Below the pieces are notes generated by a model, which saw only the letters and a program-made list of their open reading frames with translations, made no database searches and had not been told where the DNA came from. This document shows positions 1-8,400 of a stretch of 61,270 nucleotides of DNA, one piece after another; position 1 is the first letter of the stretch; every line of letters starts with the position of its first letter. The DNA comes from Marine Group II euryarchaeote MED-G34 (lineage in GTDB: Archaea > Thermoplasmatota > Poseidoniia > Poseidoniales > Thalassarchaeaceae): assembly GCA_002457605.1 (NCBI GenBank), contig NTJT01000004.1, positions 1 to 61,270 of the forward strand, in the 5' to 3' direction. The translations under genes were made by a program, and so were the position numbers.

Positions 1-48
1 ACTGGTACTGTAACGATGGCTGTTAGTGAGTATATTCCACACAGTAAC

Positions 49-81
49 GGATACCGTCCCCTGAAATACGGGGCGGTATCC
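49..81. terminator. Strong hairpin (12 bp stem with one bulge, 7-8 nt loop) just beyond the 3' end of the minus-strand adenosyltransferase gene
   Basis: ggataccgtcccc (49-61) pairs with cggggcggtatcc (69-81). It is flanked by an 11-nt direct repeat tatattccaca at 31-41 and 85-95. No clear T-run follows, so the terminator role is only a guess. Confidence 0.35.
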
Positions 82-110
82 AATTATATTCCACATCTAT
101 AATTTTAAGA

Positions 111-719
111 TTAATCTTCGCGCTTGCCAAGAGGAGTCCAAAGCTCCTCCTCCTCACCAGTCATTTTGGTAATCCACCTTCCGAGCACAAACATCCAGTC
201 TGACAGCCTGTTTAGGTAAGAGATTACTTCATCGCGAACTGCATCATCACCATCTATATCACGCATCGAACAGGCATGTCTCTCAGCCCGGCGCGCGACG
301 GTTCTAGCTACATGTAGCGTTGCTACGGGAGGTGAACCAGTGGGCATTATGAAAGACTCTAGAGGGTCTAGATTTTCAAGCCAAGAATCCATCTCGGCGA
401 CCAAGCGGTCGCCAGCATCTGAGCCGATGAGAACCATCTGCTCAGGCAACTTCCCAGGTATGCCTGAACACTCTCCGCCTACGTCGAATAGCTCCTGTTG
501 GACCCGACCCATGGCCTCGTCAGCGGAGTTTCGAGAATCGATCGAGATGCCTGGCATGCGGTTAAGCTCCATCCTCACTACCCCGACCTGCGAGTTGACC
601 TCGTCTATCGTCCCGTACAGTCTAACTCGAGGATGCTCCTTGCCTACCTCGGTACCATCCAACAGACGGGTTCGACCACCATCACCGGCTCCGGTGTGGA
701 CCTTGGTAATTCTAACCAT
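111..719 (-). CDS. ATP:cob(I)alamin adenosyltransferase, PduO/MMAB type
   Basis: 202-aa ORF. The N-terminus KVHTGAGDGGRTRLLDG...VRLYGTIDEVNSQVG matches the PduO-type signature (T-x-x-GD-x-G-x-T ... YG-x-x-DE-x-NS). Length is typical. Confidence 0.85.
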   Translation of the reverse strand: MVRITKVHTGAGDGGRTRLLDGTEVGKEHPRVRLYGTIDEVNSQVGVVRMELNRMPGISIDSRNSADEAMGRVQQELFDVGGECSGIPGKLPEQMVLIGSDAGDRLVAEMDSWLENLDPLESFIMPTGSPPVATLHVARTVARRAERHACSMRDIDGDDAVRDEVISYLNRLSDWMFVLGRWITKMTGEEEELWTPLGKRED

Positions 720-746
720 GCTGTTCTCCGATTCGGCTATGTGCTA

Positions 747-1463
747 TCAATCGTCCCGAATCGTCGCTGACTGGATTTGACCCAGAGCATCCTCAATAGC
801 TTCAATCCATGACTGGTCAACTGATTCCCATCCACCGGCCTTCTCGAGCTCGACGATATGCTCTTGCTCGGCCTCGATTTCACCTGCATGACGGTGAATC
901 AGAACGAGCGCGGCATGACTCATTGTATTGATCCACGGGTCCTCCATATCCCATGAACGCTCGAAGTGAGCAACTGCCCCGTTAGGGCCATGAATCAGGC
1001 CACGTCGGACTTGCCTAAGTCCGGATTTTGACCAAGAAATTCCCTGTACTCCGACCACGAGACCTCTGAATGCTAGGTATATCACTAGCATAACGAGAAG
1101 CGAGGCGACAGAGAAAGAACCAATCTGCTCGACCTGCCCCATTCCCGACCATCGATCTACCATCAGGCTGATCGCACCCATGCACAACAGGATACTTCCA
1201 AAGGGCGCAACTATCACATCGTTTCGGAGCATCGACATCTGAATCACCCCTATGACCACGGCAGCCCCTCCAACTACTGTGGCTACCACCGCTGGGACCG
1301 ACTCACTAGTCTCCCTAGGAGCAGTGGTGGACAACCAGAGAATGCTCCCTATCACAAGCAATACTAGAGCGAACCTACTACTAATCTCAGGGAAAGGCTG
1401 GTGCCGGGAGTAGTTGAGCACAGCAATACCGAGGCCGACAAACAAAGCAATCCAGAATAGCAT
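747..1463 (-). CDS. Hypothetical integral membrane protein (about 5 TM helices plus an acidic soluble C-terminal domain)
   Basis: The track ORF 747-1586 was trimmed to the internal ATG at 1461-1463 (MLFWIALFVG...). That ATG lies 5 nt from the stop of the upstream ORF (tca at 1468-1470). Hydrophobic segments are obvious. No family was recognised. Confidence 0.55.
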   Translation of the reverse strand: MLFWIALFVGLGIAVLNYSRHQPFPEISSRFALVLLVIGSILWLSTTAPRETSESVPAVVATVVGGAAVVIGVIQMSMLRNDVIVAPFGSILLCMGAISLMVDRWSGMGQVEQIGSFSVASLLVMLVIYLAFRGLVVGVQGISWSKSGLRQVRRGLIHGPNGAVAHFERSWDMEDPWINTMSHAALVLIHRHAGEIEAEQEHIVELEKAGGWESVDQSWIEAIEDALGQIQSATIRDD

Positions 1464-1467
1464 GGAA

Positions 1468-1791
1468 TCACTCCTCCAAGGACTCTTCACGCCACCCAGG
1501 GTTCCAGAACTCCTCGTTGTCCAGCCACTCCAGCCAAGTCTCCGCATCTGCTCGGAGCAGCTTGTAGGCCCTGCGCTCAAGACCATCCAGCAGTGAGGAG
1601 TCTACCTCCCCTCTGTCACGTGCCTCGTTCCACTCGGCCTGCATCGCGCTGACTTGACGCTGGCCTTCTTTGTGATCATCATAGCAGCGCTCGCAGATCT
1701 CCCTAAGGTCCTGAATCCACATTCGGGCCCCACGCATATGAGGCTCCTCTTCGAGAACCTTCTCCTTGCGTTTGAACGGCCACCATCCCAT
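1468..1791 (-). CDS. Hypothetical small soluble protein (107 aa, W/E/R-rich)
   Basis: ORF tightly coupled to the downstream membrane protein. No recognisable motif. Confidence 0.4.
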   Translation of the reverse strand: MGWWPFKRKEKVLEEEPHMRGARMWIQDLREICERCYDDHKEGQRQVSAMQAEWNEARDRGEVDSSLLDGLERRAYKLLRADAETWLEWLDNEEFWNPGWREESLEE

Positions 1792-1870
1792 CTCTATCGA
1801 TACTTCCGCTACAGCCGACTTTCTTGATGCTTTGCGAACCGCTCAAGTTGCAGACCGTACCCGAAGTGGC

Positions 1871-2305
1871 ATGGGTCGCATAGTCGTACACCTCCATGGC
1901 GCAGCGAAGAACACCTCTCATCGAGCATCTATTTCAGACTACTCAGCGAGGCTGAGAGGTGAGGGTGTGAAGATTATCGAGCACAGTGATAGAACCACTG
2001 CACAGGGTTACTTGGAAGAGGTACTCAGAGGCACAGAAAACAAGTCTGTGATGCTCTTGCAGGAGAGCGGTGAGGCGCATGACAGCGAGACTTTCGCCTC
2101 GACTTTTAGGCGCTGGCGACTGTCACGAGAGGAGACCCATCTAGTGGTTGGACCCGCCGATGGATTTGGCGATGATGGGATAGGCTACAAGGCAATATCA
2201 CTAGGTCCTTTGACCATGCAGCACGAGCTCGCTGCTGTAGTGCTGCTGGAGCAGCTCTACCGAGCCACCACAATCATCAGAGGGGGCCCCTATCACAGGG
2301 GTTGA
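1871..2305 (+). CDS. rlmH: 23S rRNA (pseudouridine-N3)-methyltransferase RlmH-like SPOUT methyltransferase
   Basis: The C-terminal LVVGPADGF...ISLGPLTMQHELAAVVLLEQLYRATTIIRGGPYHRG closely mirrors the RlmH motif (GG..G......S.S..T.PH.L.R..L.EQ.YRA..I....PYHR). Start moved to the ATG at 1871 (MGRIVVHL), giving the typical size of 144 aa. Confidence 0.8.
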   Translation: MGRIVVHLHGAAKNTSHRASISDYSARLRGEGVKIIEHSDRTTAQGYLEEVLRGTENKSVMLLQESGEAHDSETFASTFRRWRLSREETHLVVGPADGFGDDGIGYKAISLGPLTMQHELAAVVLLEQLYRATTIIRGGPYHRG

Positions 2306-2447
2306 TTACAATCACAATTCTAGAAACGTCTGAATAGGGTTGGCACGGGCTATGATACCGAACATACTTCGGTGATACGCACGCGCACACGCGAGGGGTT
2401 CTGTTGATAAGCAGGCCGAATTTGACGGAGCACTTCGGGGTCGAAAG

Positions 2448-5400
2448 ATGGACGAGAGCAAAGTAATGATTGGTGACAGAAAGAGGAGAAACACCGCAAT
2501 AGCAATCGTGGTGCTAATGCTGCTGAGTACGCAGATGTACAACATGCTAAACTTCGAAGAAGAAGATTCAGAAGAATCCGTCTGGGGTGCTGTTCCACAC
2601 AGGACTGCGTACCAGCAAATGAATCAGGCCTCGGGTCCAATGTCCGGAGACACACAGGGCCAACCTGCTACCGAGTTTGCTTTCGATCAAGCGAGTTTCA
2701 CCGACCCGTCGTACCATGACCCCGCATCATTCTACGGCCAAGTATCCAATCCAGCAGCCCTCAATCTCGATCCCGGATACGGCTTCTTCCTTGAGGAGAC
2801 TCAGACCGAGGACCACGACAACGATGGAATCGACGATTTGAATGATCTCGATGACGACAACGATGGAATTGTAGATCTGATAGAGCGCTTCGACGGATGC
2901 TACGGCACCGATCCCTTCGACCACGACAACGACGGCACCCTAGACGAATTCGATTGGGATGACGACAATGACGGCATCCTTGAGGGGCCCATTGACTACT
3001 CACAGGGAGCCGATCCTAGGAACGTCAGCGCTGACCGTTATGTAGATCCAGATACAGTTCACCCTTGGACAGGAACTCCTGTAGGAATCGGCTACCGAGT
3101 TGACCAGAATCCGATGGACCACGACAACGACGGTATTACCGATGACGACACCGATGGTACTGGGCCGGACTCATATGACGAAGACGATGACAACGATGGC
3201 CGCATTGACCAGTTTAAGTGGCCGTGCGATTTTGACGGCGACGGCTTCCAGGATTACTTCGATCTCGATGATGACAACGATGGTGTGTTAGACCTCTGGG
3301 ATGAGCACCCATGGGACAGCACAATGACCAACAACATCACTTCTACCGCTTCGCTATGGGAGTCGGCCAAGGAGTGGATAGCAGGTGCTACCACTCACAA
3401 TGTCAACATCATCAGCACAGGATTTACGCCCACCAATCTAAACATCAACGCCGGCGACACTGTGGTCTGGACCAACACTGACACCACAGATCACACCGTC
3501 ACCCATGACGGTCCCGCCTTCGACAGCTTCCCGATTTCACCAGGCGCCTCATGGAGTTTCACCTTCACCACCGCAGGGACATACAACTACTCCTGCTTGC
3601 TTCACCCGACAATGACTGGGACTGTCACCGTAACCTCCTCGGGGACTACTGTCAGCACCTACTCTCAATTTGTAGGAGGTGTCGATTATGTGCAGCGCGA
3701 GACCCTTTGGCACCCTAGGAACCAGACTTTCGACACGATTATCGATGGTGATTTGGATGGCGATGGAATTCCTAACTTCATTGACCCCGACAACGACAAC
3801 GATGGCACTCCCGACTCTGCCGACACCGACGACGACAACGACGGCTTGATGGACATGTACGATGTCGACGACGACAACGATGGTATTCCTGATACATGCT
3901 ATCAGGTTGACACCAATGGCGACGGTGAGGGTGACTATCCGGTACCATACACTAGAATAGAGATTCCCGGCATTGATTGCGAGTTGGACTACGACCGAGA
4001 TCTCGATGATGACAGGTACCGGCCGATAGACCAAGACTACGATTTGGTATGGGACTGGCTTGACGTGGATATGGGAGGTACGCCACTGCCTGACAATCCT
4101 TTGGGCGGCCCTTCGATGTTCCCCGACGACATCCCATTCGATCTCGATAACGACGGTATTCCCAATGAAGAGGACCCATTCATGGTATCGACCTACGATG
4201 AGGTTCAGGACTGGAACTGCCCAAGTCTCACCAATCCCAACCCGGTTAACTCGCACGAGAACTGCGTCCTGATGCGAAAGTCATACACTGGTAACAATGA
4301 CTGGGATGGTGACGGCATCAACAACTGGGAAGACGTTGACGACGACAACGATGGTATCCTTGACTGGCTTGACATCGACGAGGATTGCGATTTTGACGAC
4401 GACAACGACCTCCACATGTTGAACGGCTCGATGTTCCGTGACGACGGCCCAAACCACCTCGATACTGATATCGACGGAGACGGTCTGCCGAACGACACTG
4501 ACTGGGACGACGACAATGACGGAATCTCTGATTACTACGACCCCGATGACGGCAATTGCGGAATAGTCGACTCCGATCAGACAGACCCGTTCAACAGCCA
4601 ATACTATTCACACAGCGATGGTGACCCAATAGATGGTTCCGACGATGGAGGAATCTACTCACACGATGTCGCTCACTTCTTTTTCTGGAACCAGACTTGG
4701 ATGTTCAATCCATTCAGCCTAGACAACAATTTCGTCCTTGACTACAACGGCTACGATAACAACAACGGGACCATTACCAATGGCAAGGTTCCCGAGATGT
4801 ATTGGTACGTCATCAACAAGTGGAGTCCATACAATGGTGACAATTACTTCGACATCGACCTCGATGGCGACTCCCTGGTCAATGGTATCGACACAGATCA
4901 AGACGGCGACGGACTGCCGGACTGGTGGGATCAAGACGAGGGCAACGATGGCGTTCTCGATGTTGACGACATCAAGATGGGTGGAACCTTCGATGATGGA
5001 ACCTGCGGATCGAGTTTGGTTTGGGCGGTTATCCAACAGGCTGTTGCCGAGCATGCATGCGGCTTGGCATATGCCTGGTTGTATGGTTATCCCTTGCAAG
5101 GAGCGACTCAGACCCAACAGACCGTCTACACTGCGCCTTACAGTACTAGGCCCGACCATCAGTTCGACGAGGGCGCATACAATGGTAGTAACTCGCAGGG
5201 CCAGTGGACCTGCATCAAGAATTGCTTCTGGTTCGACTTCTTCGGAAATCAGGATGTAGGTCCCAGCTCAGCTGTCACCTACAACCAGATCAAGAATAAC
5301 CGCGACTTGTGGGTGGCCTACGTTGGTGTAAACTTCGGTTTATTCCAATGGAATTCTGATGGCAACGCCAACATGTTCCCAGACGAGGTAGCTGACCTAC

Positions 5401-8400
5401 TGAACAACGATGTCGACCCCGACGACGATTGCGGGGCACCCATCGCTGGTAACATGAATCCGCAGTGCATGTTCAATGACACTGCCGACCTCGATGATGA
5501 CTTCGATGGAATCTACGATCATTGGGATATCGACGATGACAATGATGGCATATGGGACTATTTCGAAGTCGATACCGACGACGACTGGGACGACGATGCC
5601 AGCACCGAGCCGGATGGCTCATTCTTCATTGGCACTAACTGTGAGGATAACGACGACGATGGCACTGACACTGATCCCGACGGCGACGGCTGGTTCCAAG
5701 CGGTTTGGGATAAGGGCGTTCTAGGGCAGGGACTGCTACATCCGAAGTACTATGATGTTGACAATGACAATGACGGGGTCCCTGATGGAGAAGATCCCGA
5801 CGATGACAACAATGGTCTCTTAGACATTGATCAGGAGCTGCTTTGCTTCACTGGTGAAGAACAATCACCATGGGATCACGACAATGACGGAGTCCTTGAC
5901 TGGGCTGATGACGACTGGGACGGCGACGGGCTGGTCAATATCCTCGAGCAGGCTTCTGCCACACCGTGGATTACCCCTTGGGACCACGACAACGATGGCC
6001 TAAGAGACGACGTCGACCTCGACGACGACTCCGATGGCATGCTCGACGAGGACGAGGTCATGCTGTGGCCATCGAGATTCGATAGCGAGTCGACCAACCC
6101 ATGGGATCACGATGACTTCGGCGACGGTACTGGCATAGCCAATCCTGCGGACCCCAACACCGGTCCCGACGCGATAGACCAAGACGACGACGCCGACAAC
6201 CGCACCGATATTGATTGGGACCACCTTGAGGAGGGCTGGACCTCTGACAACTGCACCAACGGTGCTGAGTCCAGCGACTGGGACCATGACAATGATTGCA
6301 TCCTCGATGAGGATGACAAGATACCCACTAGGATATCGATGACTGTACCAGAGGTTTTGTGGCTCGACAACCGCTTCCCGGCGAAATTCAATGGAACGGT
6401 GAACTGGCTTGATCCAGTACAAGGTGTATTCATGCCTGCATCAGATTTGCCAGTTCAGGTCCATATAGAGTGGTCAAGGAATGGAACTACAGCAATAGAA
6501 ACGGTAAACGTCCTAACTAATCAGGACGGCGATTTCGTAGTCGGACAATTCCTATTCCCCGAAGACATCCACGTCGGTGACAACACCACCTACGTGGTCT
6601 ACGCTGAGGTCACGGAGATGTTCGTGCATGACGGCTCCACAACCGAGCCTGTACCAGTCGAAGTGCGGGCCAATACCACCATCGACTATGTCGCATGGAC
6701 TTACTTCCGTAGCGACGAACAACCCCTCTTTGTCGACTTCAAGGTACACTATACTGCTGACTGGGAGCGCGGCATCTTCGGCAACAGACTATCTCATGCC
6801 CCAGTCTCATTCACCATCAGCGGCGGCATCTTCGGCAACTCCACCCACCCCACTGTGTTCGACGGCTACGGCTACGGCTACAGGGCGGATATGGGTGGAT
6901 GGGTCTCACTGACCTTCGTGCAAACGAGCGGCTCACAGGGTGTCTGGAAGCAGGTGCAGTGGAATTCGACCATGGACAATGGAGTTGGTAAGGTTCCTGG
7001 TGGCTACCAAGAGATCGTATGGGATAACTTCTCTAAGACTCACAATGTCATCGGGCGCTACAACTACACAAACACCAGCCTACCGATAGGGGACTACGCC
7101 TTTGTCGGATACTCTAGGCCGGACTTGGGTGCTGAGTGGCCGTGGCCTTTCCTTGAGGGAGATAACACAGATAGCTTCGCCATACGTTCCATGCACCGAA
7201 TGTATGTCGAGGCCGATATCATCACTCCGTCTATTAGACCAGTCTACTTCTGGGACTCGACTCAATTCACTGGCTCCTCCTTCGGGGCCTGGAGGGCGCT
7301 GTTCCACACCCCCTCACTAGTCAACGCCGGCATAGACTACGCCGATGCTAGTTTAGGAAAGCCATACGCCCTGCAGTGGGACGGAACCCCAGGGGGACTG
7401 ACCGGTCAGGCGGCCACGTTACGTCCGTTCCTGAACTCGAATGGTACTCACTGGTTCATCTCAATGCAAAATGGAGGCGATTTCAACGTGCCACCATGTG
7501 GTCCCGTGGATCCACTCGACCCTGACAGCGCCGTTCGCTGCGAGATCGTGCCTGAGATGTTCACAGGGGAGGAGTTCAGGGTCATCGGAACAGTCTGGAA
7601 TCGAACTATGACCGCTTGGCCGCATGATCCAATGGCCCTCCAAGTCGACGTCGATCACAACGGCGTCTTCGCAGGCGCTCAGGAGACAGGTTTCGCCCGT
7701 GTGCCTCAGATGGTAAACGGAGAAGCCACCTTCGACTACAACTGGACATGGTACTCACAGTACTCAGCCGGAGTCTTTGGTATCCGCGCTGACTTCACTA
7801 ACTCAAACTACTATTTCACAGGCAATCAGACTGCGGTACTAGCACCTACTGGAGCATACGCAAATGTCTCCGTAATCGGAACCACTGACTTCCAACTGAA
7901 TAATGTCCCACGCCTCTACCGTGGACAGAACACCACAATTGAGGCGAGGCTGATAGACAACGCGTACCAACCGGTTCGTGATGCCCCCGTCAACTTCACT
8001 TGGTCTGCCGATGGCACCAATGACCTCGCTGTGACTGATCACAACGGGGTTTTCTCGGTCAACCTGACCATCGACAAGCAGCACGAGCTCGGTAACTTCA
8101 CTCTAAGTTACTCTTATCCGGGAGATCCGATACGACAGGGTAGCTCTTCAGAGGTCCACCTATGGGTGGTCTCTAGGACCCTGATAACGCTACAGAGTGC
8201 TACATCAGGCGCCATGAGTAGCGGCGATATTTGGGAGTTCTCGGGGCAGGTCACCGACGACAACCGTACTCCTGATCCGACCGTATTCGATGCGGGACAG
8301 GCTCTCGATGGTTGCGGCGACAATGGCGGCGAGGTACTCATCATCTTCGAAGGAACCGACTTCGAGGATCGCACTCACCGCCAGATAGTCGAAGTTGCCT

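Noticed and set aside
3549-4256. 235-aa minus-strand ORF, along with many other 60-150-aa ORFs on both strands between 2700 and 9300
   Set aside because: They lie antisense or out of frame inside the giant gene. Their V/I/S-rich low-complexity translations are the mirror of the GAC/GAT (Asp) repeat codons. There is no independent coding signal.
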